DNA from: Methanocrinis sp.
Lineage (GTDB): Archaea; Halobacteriota; Methanosarcinia; Methanotrichales; Methanotrichaceae
NCBI RefSeq assembly: GCF_049974945.1
Contig: NZ_JBNGCU010000002.1
Coordinates: forward strand, 1-52,951
Direction of reading: 5' to 3'
Length of the DNA: 52,951 nucleotides
In this document: one piece after another, positions 1 through 8,946 of the stretch
Position numbering within the stretch: position 1 is the first letter of the stretch
Layout: every line of letters starts with the position of its first letter
Notes under the pieces: model-generated
Seen by the model: only the letters and a program-made list of their open reading frames with translations
Databases searched by the model: none
Told to the model about the DNA's origin: nothing
Translations under genes and position numbers: made by a program

Positions 1-53
1 TTTCCGATGAGAGTTCTGCCGAACTCGCCGCTGTAGAAGACCACGACCTTCAT
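1..53 (-). CDS. 5' end of a gene running off the window, DUF166-like N-terminus (MKVVVFYSGEFGRTLIG...)
   Basis: Manual translation from ATG at 53. The YSGEFG-type start resembles methanogen DUF166 proteins, but only 17 codons are visible. Confidence 0.4.
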   Translation of the reverse strand, partial: MKVVVFYSGEFGRTLIG

Positions 54-136
54 AATTTTGCTCCCGGGCAGGCAGACCAGACCGAAGAGGTCCGGTCCAG
101 ATTGGGTCGGACCGGGCCCCCCTTGCGCCCACCCAT

Positions 137-189
137 GGTATACTTAAGATACCAACGTATATAGACCAGAAGGTTTCTACAAGGATACC
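137..189. promoter_or_regulatory. Two GGTWT..GATACC inverted-repeat boxes flanking a TATA box; probable HxlR-family operators
   Basis: GGTATACTTAAGATACC (137-153) and GGTTTCTACAAGGATACC (172-189) surround GTATATAG (157-164), directly upstream of the HxlR-family gene. Confidence 0.55.
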
Positions 190-549
190 ATGCAGGAAGG
201 ATGCACCGTCAACAGGACGGTGAAGTACATAGCCAGGAAGTGGACCCTTCTGGTAATCCTGGAGCTTTACAAGGGCGAAGGGCACAGGCGGCGCTTCTCC
301 GAGCTTAAAAGCTGTCTTTCTGGAATCACTCCTAAGGTCCTCTCTGCCCGGCTTAAGGAGCTGGTGGGGGAGGGGCTAGTCGAGAAGGAGGTCGATGGCA
401 GCTCCTTTCCTCCAAAAGCCGAGTACTCCCTGACGGAGAGCGGCCTTGAGATCGTGGAGATCGTCAAGGAGATGAAGCGCTGGGCTCTGAAGTGGAAGAT
501 CGAGAACATCGAGTGCAGCTGCCAGGACTGCAGCGAATGTGTGCTTTGA
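190..549 (+). CDS. HxlR-family winged-helix transcriptional regulator
   Basis: C-x-V...KWTLLVILEL, RRFSELK, GITPKVLSARLKEL and PPKAEYSLTESG motifs; Cys-rich tail. Confidence 0.9.
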   Translation: MQEGCTVNRTVKYIARKWTLLVILELYKGEGHRRRFSELKSCLSGITPKVLSARLKELVGEGLVEKEVDGSSFPPKAEYSLTESGLEIVEIVKEMKRWALKWKIENIECSCQDCSECVL

Positions 550-661
550 TGCGTCCCAATTTCCGCAGTTGCAACTCTATTGCTTCGAGGTTGCAAATAA
601 AATTGAACGCAATTTCGCAAGCTCCACAGCCTTTTTCACCTCTCGCCGCCTACACCCACCC

Positions 662-2155
662 ATGAGAGCGCTGGTGGTGACCGGAAGGCTCGCCGAGGAG
701 ATGGTGCGGGAGGCTGTCGGAGAGATGGCCGACGTCCTGGTGATGGAGGTGGACGTCGCCTCCTTCATAACCCCGAAGATGCTCCGGGAGGCCAGGCCTG
801 AAGGATACGACATAATACTGATCCCCGGAGCCATAACCGCCGACTTCGGCCCCGTCTCTTGCGAGCTGGAGACGAAGATCAGGCTGGGGCCGAAGCATGC
901 CGTCGACCTGCGCCGGGTTCTGCCCCTCCTGGACTCGGTCGAGCTCTCGGCCACCACACCCGCCTGCGTCCTCCTGGAGGAGAGGATGAGATCTGAGGCG
1001 CGGTCCGCCGTCGATGAGCTGGAGCAGGATGCAAAAGCCTCCATGGCGATAAAGGGGGTCAAGGTCGGAGGCTCAAGTCGGATGAAGGTCTTGGCCGAGA
1101 TCGTGGATGCGACCCGTTTCGGCGATCTGGGCCTCGCTGAGAGGGTTCGCCGCAGCGAGCTGGAGGGGGCGGACATGATCGATCTGGGGATCCCGCTGGA
1201 CGCCGATCCTGCCGACGTGGCGAGGGCAGTTCGGACGGCGTTGGGGGCGACCCGGCTTCCGGTCAGCGTCGACACCCTGCGCCCCGAATTGCTTAACGCG
1301 GGGATCGGGGCGGGCTGCGACCTGATCCTCAGTCTGGACGGCTCGAACTTGAATGAAGTGGGCGAGACGGCTGCCTCAGCCGGGGTCTTCGCCGTGGTTC
1401 TGCCGGGTCCGGAGACGAGCCTGGCGGAGAACCTCCGCCGGGCCCTCGCCCGGGGGGTAAAGGCGATGGCCGACCCTGTTTTGAGCCCGCCGCTCATGGG
1501 GCTGGCCGAGTCGATATGCAGGTATCGTGAGTTCCATCTTGCCTTTCCAGAGGTCCCCCTCTTCTTCGGCGTGGGGAACGTGGCCGAGCTCCTGGACGCC
1601 GACAGCCAGGGGGTGAACGCCCTCCTCGCCGCCATCGGTGCCGAGGCGGGGGCGAGCGTCCTCTTCACCCCCGAGTACAGCGATAAGGCCCGGGGCAGCA
1701 TCCGGGAGCTGCGGACGGCCAGCGAGATGATGCTCCTAGCCAAAGCGAGAGACAGCCCTCCCAAGGACCTGGGCCTCGATCTCCTGGTCCTCAAGGAGAA
1801 GCACCGCCGCCCTGAGGTGGAGATGCCTGCGGAGTTCGAGACGGTCGGCCCCGGTGTCGGCCGGGGCGAGGATGGCGGAGTGGGGGGTGGTGGCGGCGGC
1901 GGTCGTTGGGAGATGGACCCCGCAGGAAGCTTCAGGATCGGCGTCGCGGAGGGGAAGATCGTGGTCCGGCACGATTCTGCGACTTTGGTGGGGATCTCCG
2001 CCCGCGAGCTGTTGGCCGAGATCATCGACCGTGGTCTCGTCACCAGGCTCGACCATGCCGGATACCTGGGCAGGGAGCTGGAGCGGGCCGAGACGGCCCT
2101 GAGTCTCGGGAGAAGCTACTCTCAGGATGAATCGCTATTTCCGACAAAGAATTAA
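662..2155 (+). CDS. Dihydropteroate synthase-like protein (archaeal MJ0107-type, C-terminal DUF4346-like domain)
   Basis: MRALVVTGRLAE start at ATG 662; pterin-binding barrel (GADMIDLG, PVSVDT); DPAGSFRI...HAGYLGRELERAE...YSQD C-terminus. Confidence 0.85.
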   Translation: MRALVVTGRLAEEMVREAVGEMADVLVMEVDVASFITPKMLREARPEGYDIILIPGAITADFGPVSCELETKIRLGPKHAVDLRRVLPLLDSVELSATTPACVLLEERMRSEARSAVDELEQDAKASMAIKGVKVGGSSRMKVLAEIVDATRFGDLGLAERVRRSELEGADMIDLGIPLDADPADVARAVRTALGATRLPVSVDTLRPELLNAGIGAGCDLILSLDGSNLNEVGETAASAGVFAVVLPGPETSLAENLRRALARGVKAMADPVLSPPLMGLAESICRYREFHLAFPEVPLFFGVGNVAELLDADSQGVNALLAAIGAEAGASVLFTPEYSDKARGSIRELRTASEMMLLAKARDSPPKDLGLDLLVLKEKHRRPEVEMPAEFETVGPGVGRGEDGGVGGGGGGGRWEMDPAGSFRIGVAEGKIVVRHDSATLVGISARELLAEIIDRGLVTRLDHAGYLGRELERAETALSLGRSYSQDESLFPTKN

Positions 2156-2183
2156 ATAAGATCGGCTCGTCCACCGCCACCTG

Positions 2184-3068
2184 ATGAATCAGAAATCATG
2201 GGCTACTATCGGGGTGGTCTTCCTCGCCGGGATAATGATCTTCTCTACCTTTGCCGGCTTCGTCATGCGGGGCGGGGGGCCCGCCGAGACGGCCGCCTCA
2301 GGTAGATGGGACCCTTCGGACTTCGGGGTGAGCGGACGGCTGATCAACTGGGAGTTCAAGAGCCTGGGGGACGCTCTGGGGATGTACCCGGAGGATCTGG
2401 TCTTCGCCTTCTGGATCAACCTGACCGCCTCGGAGAACCTCACCGAGGCCGCGGCCGCGGCCCTCCCGCCCGCGGTGGGCCTGACCTTCAGAGACCAGGT
2501 GAACCTCTACCCCTCGCCGATCGATAGGGTCTCCTGGGGCCTCTACGGAGACGAGATCGCCGAGTTCCACTGGACGAAACCCGCGCCCGTAGGAGCCCAC
2601 GGCCTCGCCGTCGTCTACAACGGATACCAGCTGATCCCGCTGGGGTCCACGGACCTCTTCAGCATCATGGGAACTCCAGTCCTCTTCGGAAGCGAACCCG
2701 CAGTCAAGACTGCGCTGGACGTGATAAGTGGTGACGCCCCCACCACCGACGATTTCGTCCTCCCCTACGACGAGACTGATGCCCTCCAGATATCAGTTCT
2801 CGGAGAGGCTTCCGCAGAAAACCCGAACTTCGTGCCGCCCCTGGGCGGAGATTATTCCGAGTCCTACCTGGGAGTCAGCCCCTCCGAGGAGGGCTTTTCT
2901 TTGACGGCGAAGTACCTCTACCTCGGCGGCGGAAGCGAGAGAAGGTTGAACGAATTGGCGGAGAGCCGCGGCCTCCAGATGCGTTCAGAGGGCGACACCG
3001 TCATCGTCTCTGGTTTGATCGAACCCCAGAACTTGGCGGAGACGCTTGGAGCTTTCATCGCTCCATAG
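2184..3068 (+). CDS. Hypothetical membrane-anchored/exported protein
   Basis: 294-aa ORF with typical codon usage and an N-terminal hydrophobic segment. Confidence 0.7.
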   Translation: MNQKSWATIGVVFLAGIMIFSTFAGFVMRGGGPAETAASGRWDPSDFGVSGRLINWEFKSLGDALGMYPEDLVFAFWINLTASENLTEAAAAALPPAVGLTFRDQVNLYPSPIDRVSWGLYGDEIAEFHWTKPAPVGAHGLAVVYNGYQLIPLGSTDLFSIMGTPVLFGSEPAVKTALDVISGDAPTTDDFVLPYDETDALQISVLGEASAENPNFVPPLGGDYSESYLGVSPSEEGFSLTAKYLYLGGGSERRLNELAESRGLQMRSEGDTVIVSGLIEPQNLAETLGAFIAP

Positions 3069-3134
3069 CGCAACCTTTTTAGCTGGGAAGCTGCCCCCAT
3101 CAGCTAAGCCTTTTTGGGGCGATTTTTGCGATGA

Positions 3135-3156
3135 ATGATGACGGGCACCGCCCTGA
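3135..3156 (+). promoter_or_regulatory. Kink-turn (box C/D-like) element in rpl7ae 5' UTR
   Basis: ATGATGA-C-GGGC-ACC-GCC-CTGA immediately before the SD AGGAG (3157-3161). Confidence 0.65.
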
Positions 3157-3170
3157 AGGAGAAATGAATT

Positions 3171-3539
3171 ATGGCAAGACCAATATACGTTAGATTTGAC
3201 GTTCCAGCTGACCTGGCCTCCAAATCCCTTGAAGTGATCGAGCTGGCCCGCGATACTGGAAGGCTCAAGAAAGGGACCAACGAGACCACCAAGGCCATCG
3301 AGCGCGGCGTAGCAAAGCTCGTGGTGGTGGGCGAAGACGTGGAGCCTCCAGAGATCGTGGCCCATATTCCGCCGCTCTGCGAAGAGAAGAAGACGCCTTA
3401 CGTATACGTCAAGAAACAGAGCGAGATCGGCGCCGCCTGCGGCATGAGAGTAAAAAGCGCCGCAGTCGCTATTCTGGAGCCGGGCAAGGGCAAAGATGTT
3501 CTGGACGAGATCGTTCTGAAGGCCCAGGCCCTGAAGTAG
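3171..3539 (+). CDS. rpl7ae: 50S ribosomal protein L7Ae
   Basis: [32 protein letters not shown] motifs. Confidence 0.97.
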   Translation: MARPIYVRFDVPADLASKSLEVIELARDTGRLKKGTNETTKAIERGVAKLVVVGEDVEPPEIVAHIPPLCEEKKTPYVYVKKQSEIGAACGMRVKSAAVAILEPGKGKDVLDEIVLKAQALK

Positions 3540-3550
3540 GGTGGTAGCTG

Positions 3551-3766
3551 ATGGCAGACGAATGGGAAGGCGTTCCCGCCGAGGTCATAGAGATTATCGG
3601 CAACACCGGGATGCACGGTGAGGCCACCCAGATCAAGTGCAGGATTCTGGAGGGCAGCAACAAGGGCCGGATAATCACCAGAAACTGCATGGGCCCCATA
3701 AGGATGGGGGACGTGCTGATGCTGCTTGAGACCGCGAGAGAGGCCAAGAAGCTTACCACCAGGTGA
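3551..3766 (+). CDS. rps28e: 30S ribosomal protein S28e
   Basis: [16 protein letters not shown]...RIITRN..GP.R.GD.L.L.ET.REA motif. Confidence 0.97.
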   Translation: MADEWEGVPAEVIEIIGNTGMHGEATQIKCRILEGSNKGRIITRNCMGPIRMGDVLMLLETAREAKKLTTR

Positions 3767-3773
3767 GGTCCTC

Positions 3774-3947
3774 ATGGAAGAGAGAAAGTGCTCCTTTTGC
3801 AACCGGAATATAGAGGCCGGCACAGGGAAGATCTACGCCAAGAAGGATGGCACAGTATTTTACTTCTGTTCGTCCAAATGTGAGAAGAACATGACCAAAC
3901 TCAAGAGGGTCCCGAGAAGGATCGAGTGGGCCATCAAAGGGTGGTGA
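3774..3947 (+). CDS. rpl24e: 50S ribosomal protein L24e
   Basis: CSFC...GTGKIY...FCSSKC zinc motif; ATG at 3774 after GGTGAGG SD. Confidence 0.96.
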   Translation: MEERKCSFCNRNIEAGTGKIYAKKDGTVFYFCSSKCEKNMTKLKRVPRRIEWAIKGW

Positions 3948-3949
3948 GC

Positions 3950-4399
3950 TTGGAGAGGACTTTCGTTATGATCAAGCCCGACGGCGTCCAACGCGGTCTC
4001 GTGGGCAGCATCCTCCAGAGGATCGAGGTGAAAGGCCTCAAGATCGTGGCCATGAAGATGAGTACTCTGCCCCTGAACGTCGCCCGCGAGCATTACGCCG
4101 AGCATGCGAAAAAGCCCTTCTTCAAAGACCTGGTCGGCTTCATCACCTCAGGCCCATCGGTGCCCATGGTGGTGGAGGGGAAGGATGCCATCTCCGAGGT
4201 CAGGAAGTTGAACGGGGCCACCAACCCCACGGCTGCCCAACCCGGCACCATCCGGGGGGACTTCGGGTTGGATATGGGACGGAACGTGATCCACGGCTCC
4301 GACTCGCCCGAGTCGGCGGCAAGAGAGATCGCGCTCCACTTCGATGAGGTAGAGCTCTCCGGCTACACCAGGATAGATGAGGCCTGGCTCTACGAGTGA
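3950..4399 (+). CDS. ndk: Nucleoside diphosphate kinase
   Basis: [32 protein letters not shown]; probable TTG start at 3950. Confidence 0.96.
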   Translation: MERTFVMIKPDGVQRGLVGSILQRIEVKGLKIVAMKMSTLPLNVAREHYAEHAKKPFFKDLVGFITSGPSVPMVVEGKDAISEVRKLNGATNPTAAQPGTIRGDFGLDMGRNVIHGSDSPESAAREIALHFDEVELSGYTRIDEAWLYE

Positions 4400-4492
4400 G
4401 CAGGCCTATCGTCACTTGCAGATCCCAGATCTGCGCGGAAGGGCGGTATAGTAGCCGCCCTAGGAACTGACGGGGTCCGGATGTGATCGGTC

Positions 4493-6304
4493 ATGAAGCA
4501 GAAATCGAGGAAGGCGAAGAAGGGAAAGGGCCAGCCCGAATCCAACCTGAGAACCCCCATCGTCTGTGTTATGGGCCACGTGGACCACGGCAAGACCACC
4601 CTTCTCGACAAGATCAGAGGAACCACCATCGCCGACGGCGAGGCGGGCGCCATAACCCAGCACATCGGAGCCACCGAGATCCCCATTAACGTCATCAAGG
4701 AGGTATGTGGACCGCTCTTTCGAGGCGAGTTCCAGATACCTGGGCTCCTCTTCATCGACACGCCCGGTCACCATTCTTTTACCTCCCTCCGAAGCAGGGG
4801 CGGCTCTCTCGCGGATCTCGCCGTCCTCATTGTAGACGTGAACGAGGGGTTCCAGCCCCAGACGATCGAGTCGATAAACATCCTGAAACGCTACCGCACC
4901 CCCTTCGTGGTGGCGGCGAACAAGATAGATCGGATCTCTGGATGGCTTCCGATGGAAGGGGTGCCCCTGGCCACGACCCTCAAGGCCCAGAGCGAGAGGG
5001 TAAAGGGAGATCTCGACAACCGCATCTACGAGCTGATAGGGGAGCTTTACAAGTACGGCTTCAACTCGGATCGGTACGATCGGATCAGCGACTTCACCAA
5101 GAACGTGGGCGTGGTGCCGGTAAGCTCCATCTCCGGAGAGGGGGTCCCAGACCTTCTGATGGTCCTTCTGGGGCTCGCCCAGAAGTTCTTGAAGGAGAAC
5201 CTGATGGTCCGGGCCAGCGGCCCCGGCGTCGGAACCATCCTCGAGGTGAAGGAGGAGCGGGGTCTGGGCACCACCCTGGACGTCATCCTCTACGACGGCG
5301 AGTTTCGGGCCGGCGACACCGTCGTCGTGGGAACCCTGAAAGAGCCGATCGTCACCAAGATAAGGGCCCTTTTGAAGCCGAGGCCCCTCTCGGAGATCAG
5401 AAGCGAGGAGAGATTTCTTCCCGTAAAGCACGTGGCCGCCGCCAGCGGGGTCAAGGTAAGTGCCCCTCGAATCGAGAACGCCCTTGCAGGCTCCACCATA
5501 AGGGTGGTGGACGAGACCGAAGAGGTCGATCTGGTGGCCGAGGAGATCAGGTCTGAGCTCGATACGGCGAGGATCGATACCGAGAACGTTGGCGTCATCA
5601 TCAAGACCGACACCATCGGCTCCCTCGAGGCCCTGGTGGGCGAGCTCGAATCAAAGGAGATACCGATCCACGCGGCCGACGTCGGTCCCATCACCAGAAG
5701 GGACGTGATCAGGGCCGAGGCGATCCAGGACCCCCTCTACTCGGCGGTCCTCGGCTTCAACGTCAAGATCCTCCCCGACGCCCTGACCGAGGTCCAGAAG
5801 AGCGAGGTCCCGATCTTCCTCTCCGAAGTGATCTACAACCTGATCGAGAACTACGACGACTGGGTTAGCGACCAGAAGATGAGGATGGAGCAGGAGAGGC
5901 TTCAGGCGGTGATCAGGCCCGGGATGATCAGGATCATCCCCGACTACGTCTTCAGGCAGAGCAAGCCTGCAGTGGTGGGGGTTCAGGTGGTGGCTGGCCA
6001 GATCACAAACAACGTCACCCTGATGAGGGAGGACGGGGCCGTGATCGGCGCGGTGAAGGGGGTCCAGATGAGCGGGGAGAACGTCGGATCTGCCAGCGCC
6101 GGAAAGGAGGTGGCGGTCTCCATCGACGGTCCCACCGTCGGCCGCCAGATCCACGAGGGCGACATCCTCTACGTCAACATCCCCGAGAGGCACGTCAAGA
6201 TAATCGAGGCCGAGCTGAAGCAGAGGTTCTCCGAGGACGAGCTGGAGGCTCTGGAGAAGTTTCTGGAGATCAAGAGGAGCAGAGATCCTTTCTGGGGTCG
6301 CTGA
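4493..6304 (+). CDS. infB: Translation initiation factor IF-2 / aIF5B
   Basis: GHVDHGKTT, DTPGH, NKID GTPase motifs; conserved position after ndk. Confidence 0.97.
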   Translation: MKQKSRKAKKGKGQPESNLRTPIVCVMGHVDHGKTTLLDKIRGTTIADGEAGAITQHIGATEIPINVIKEVCGPLFRGEFQIPGLLFIDTPGHHSFTSLRSRGGSLADLAVLIVDVNEGFQPQTIESINILKRYRTPFVVAANKIDRISGWLPMEGVPLATTLKAQSERVKGDLDNRIYELIGELYKYGFNSDRYDRISDFTKNVGVVPVSSISGEGVPDLLMVLLGLAQKFLKENLMVRASGPGVGTILEVKEERGLGTTLDVILYDGEFRAGDTVVVGTLKEPIVTKIRALLKPRPLSEIRSEERFLPVKHVAAASGVKVSAPRIENALAGSTIRVVDETEEVDLVAEEIRSELDTARIDTENVGVIIKTDTIGSLEALVGELESKEIPIHAADVGPITRRDVIRAEAIQDPLYSAVLGFNVKILPDALTEVQKSEVPIFLSEVIYNLIENYDDWVSDQKMRMEQERLQAVIRPGMIRIIPDYVFRQSKPAVVGVQVVAGQITNNVTLMREDGAVIGAVKGVQMSGENVGSASAGKEVAVSIDGPTVGRQIHEGDILYVNIPERHVKIIEAELKQRFSEDELEALEKFLEIKRSRDPFWGR

Positions 6305-6652
6305 CCCCCGGCCATCAGCGCCGTCGGCCTCGTCAGATCAGCCCTTCCGCTCCTTTCTCGATCACCTTCGCGGAGATTTATCGTCTCCTTGACGCTGTTC
6401 AGTTTTATGGAGTAGAGGATGCCCACCACCTTCTCGTACTGGAAGAGTGTAGTTCCGCTCTCCTCCGGCCCGGCATATTCGCGTGGCCGATGACGACGGA
6501 GAGGAGGTCGCCGACGTCGGATATGCTGCAGTCTCTCGCGCCGATCGCGCTGGCGAGCCGGGCGGGGCCGAGGCGAGCCCGGACAAGATAAATACCAGGC
6601 AGGATTCGATTGGTCGAACGATGATGGTCTTCGTCTACTAAGGAGGAGTTTT

Positions 6653-7024
6653 ATGGTCTCAGAGAAGAAAGCCCTCTGGGTCGTGTTCAGACCCGAGGAT
6701 CCTGAAAGCGTCGACGCGATGAGAGAGAAGTTTTTGGTCTCATACGAGGCCTTCAGAGATATGCCCGGACTCTTCAGCAAGGTCTGGTGGTGCGACCCTG
6801 AGAGGGGCGAGTGGGGGGCGATGTACATCTTCAATTCTGATGAAGATCTCCAGGAGTACCTCCGCTCCGACAGGTGGCTCAGTAAGGTCCCCCAAAAGTA
6901 CGGATACAGGCCTGAGATCGTCGCCGTCCTCGACCCCGGTCCGATCCTCTACAAAAAAGCCGTCGTCGAGGGCGAGGGCTCATGGCTAGCGGAGCTTGGA
7001 GATGAAGACCGTCGACCCCGATGA
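6653..7024 (+). CDS. YdhR-family putative monooxygenase (dimeric alpha-beta barrel)
   Basis: PGLFSKVW...GEWGAMYIF pattern. Confidence 0.7.
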   Translation: MVSEKKALWVVFRPEDPESVDAMREKFLVSYEAFRDMPGLFSKVWWCDPERGEWGAMYIFNSDEDLQEYLRSDRWLSKVPQKYGYRPEIVAVLDPGPILYKKAVVEGEGSWLAELGDEDRRPR

Positions 7025-7433
7025 GGTCTCCTTGGAGGATATGATAGAGCGGGCCGTCGAGTTTCACGGCCACCTCGGCCCCTTCCTCGTCCTGGGGGTC
7101 AGGATGGGGCTCGTCGCCCTGAGAGAGCTCAGCTCACCGGGCTACCAGGGGATAGAGGCCCTCGTCAAGACCAGGAATACGCCTTCCTTATCCTGTCTTC
7201 TGGACGGCATCCAGGTATCCACGGGCTGCACCATGGGCAAGGGGAACATCAGGACAGAGCCCCTCGGTCGCGCCGAGGCGGAATTCTCAACCGAGGAGAA
7301 AAAAGTGACCTTGAAGGTGAACGACGAGATCGTCGCCGAGATTAAAAGGTGGAGGGAGAGCTACGCCTCCCTCGAGGAGATCGCCCGGAGCATCTCGAAG
7401 AGATCCGACGAGAAGCTCTTCGAGCGGCTCTGA
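7002..7433 (+). CDS. FmdE/FwdE-family protein
   Basis: FHGHLGPFLVLGVRMG and SCLLDGIQVSTGCTMGKGN motifs. Confidence 0.88.
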   Translation: MKTVDPDEVSLEDMIERAVEFHGHLGPFLVLGVRMGLVALRELSSPGYQGIEALVKTRNTPSLSCLLDGIQVSTGCTMGKGNIRTEPLGRAEAEFSTEEKKVTLKVNDEIVAEIKRWRESYASLEEIARSISKRSDEKLFERL

Positions 7434-7444
7434 GATCGCCGTCT

Positions 7445-8782
7445 CTAGAGGAGCGGCAGGTACTTCTCTATCTCCCACCTGCTGACGTCTGTCCTGTACT
7501 CGTCCCACTCGACCTTCTTTGACGCTATGAAGTTGGTGAATACGTGGTCGCCCAGGGTCTCTCTCATGAGGTCGCTCTTCTCGGTGAGGATGAGGGCCTC
7601 GATGAGGCTTCCGGGAAGGGATGTAATTCCCGCCTTCTCCTTCTCTGCCCCGGTCATCTTGAATATGTCCCTCTCGATCGGCTCTGGGAGCTCGTACTTG
7701 TTCTTGACTCCGTCCATTCCCGCGGCGAGCATCACCGCAAAGGCCAGGTAGGGGTTTGCTCCGGGGTCAGGGCTTCTGTACTCGACCCGGGTTGCGTTCT
7801 CCTTTCCTGGCTTGTACATCGGCATCCGCACCAGGGCCGACCTGTTCCTCCTGGCCCAGGATATGTATACCGGCGCCTCGTATCCCGGAACGAGCCTCTT
7901 GTAAGAGTTGACCCACTGGTTGGTGACGGCCGTTATCGTGGGGGCGTTCTTTAGAAGCCCGGCTATGTAGTGCTTGCCCAGGTCAGAGAGGTGGTAGCCG
8001 TCTTCGGAATCGAAGAACGCGTTTCTTCCGCCCTTGAAGAGGGACTGGTGGACGTGCATCCCTGTCCCGTTCTCGCCGAAGATCGGCTTGGGCATGAATG
8101 TCGCGTAGTAGCCGTGCTGCTGGGCGATCTCCTTGACCACGATCCTATAGGTCATGACGATATCGGCCATTCTGAGCGCCTCCTGGTAGCGGAGGTCGAT
8201 CTCGTGCTGGGACGGCGCCACCTCGTGGTGGCTGTACTCGACGTCGATCCCCATCGACTCCAGGGTAAGGATCGTATCGCGGCGGAGGTTGCTTGCGGCG
8301 TCCATGGTGGTCATGGCGTCGAAGTAGCCGCCCCGATCCAGGATCTCGGTGCCCTTGTCGTCCTTGAAGTAGAAGTACTCCAGCTCAGGGCCGACGTAGA
8401 GATCGTAGCCCATATCCTTGAGAGCGGCCAGGTTCTTCTTGAGGACGTATCTGGGGTCGCCCTCGTAGGGGTTTCCGTCCGGCTGGAGGATGTCGCAGAA
8501 CATCCTGCCCACGTTCTGGCCCTCCTTGGCCCTCCAGGGGAGGATCTGGAAGGTCTCCGGGTCGGGCTTGGCCACCATATCGCTCTCTTCGATCCGGGCG
8601 AAGCCCTGGATCGAGGAGCCGTCGAAGCCCATACCCTCTTCAAATGCGCCCTCGAGCTCCGATGGCGAGATCGCAAAGCTCTTGGGAAGGCCCAGGATAT
8701 CGGTGAACCACAATCGGACGAACTTCACGCCCTTGGACTCGATCGCATCAAATACATTGTCCTTGCTGGACGACGTTACCAT
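7445..8782 (-). CDS. glnA: Glutamine synthetase type I
   Basis: FDGSSI, HHEVAPSQHEI, FMPKP, NSYKRLVPGYEAP, RVEYRSPD motifs. Confidence 0.97.
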   Translation of the reverse strand: MVTSSSKDNVFDAIESKGVKFVRLWFTDILGLPKSFAISPSELEGAFEEGMGFDGSSIQGFARIEESDMVAKPDPETFQILPWRAKEGQNVGRMFCDILQPDGNPYEGDPRYVLKKNLAALKDMGYDLYVGPELEYFYFKDDKGTEILDRGGYFDAMTTMDAASNLRRDTILTLESMGIDVEYSHHEVAPSQHEIDLRYQEALRMADIVMTYRIVVKEIAQQHGYYATFMPKPIFGENGTGMHVHQSLFKGGRNAFFDSEDGYHLSDLGKHYIAGLLKNAPTITAVTNQWVNSYKRLVPGYEAPVYISWARRNRSALVRMPMYKPGKENATRVEYRSPDPGANPYLAFAVMLAAGMDGVKNKYELPEPIERDIFKMTGAEKEKAGITSLPGSLIEALILTEKSDLMRETLGDHVFTNFIASKKVEWDEYRTDVSRWEIEKYLPLL

Positions 8783-8946
8783 CTCTTTTTTGCCTCCTCA
8801 CCTCAGACTCCCTTTTGGCGATTTATATCTGTTTGAGACGAGTTCACAAAAGTTATGATGATTTAGGACAGCATGTGCTCCGACTTTTCTGCTCTTCTCT
8901 CCAAGCACCCCGGGCGCAAGGCCCCTCATCCTGGCTCGTTCTCTGC

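Noticed and set aside
4441-4460. Hairpin GGGCGG-TATAGTAG-CCGCCC between ndk and infB sharing GTAGCCGCC with the tandem motif
   Set aside because: The match is only 9 nt and falls in the stem rather than the loop; likely chance.
8783-8940. NrpR operator or C/D sRNA upstream of glnA
   Set aside because: No GGAA-N6-TTCC found; ATGATGA at 8855 has no suitably placed CTGA.
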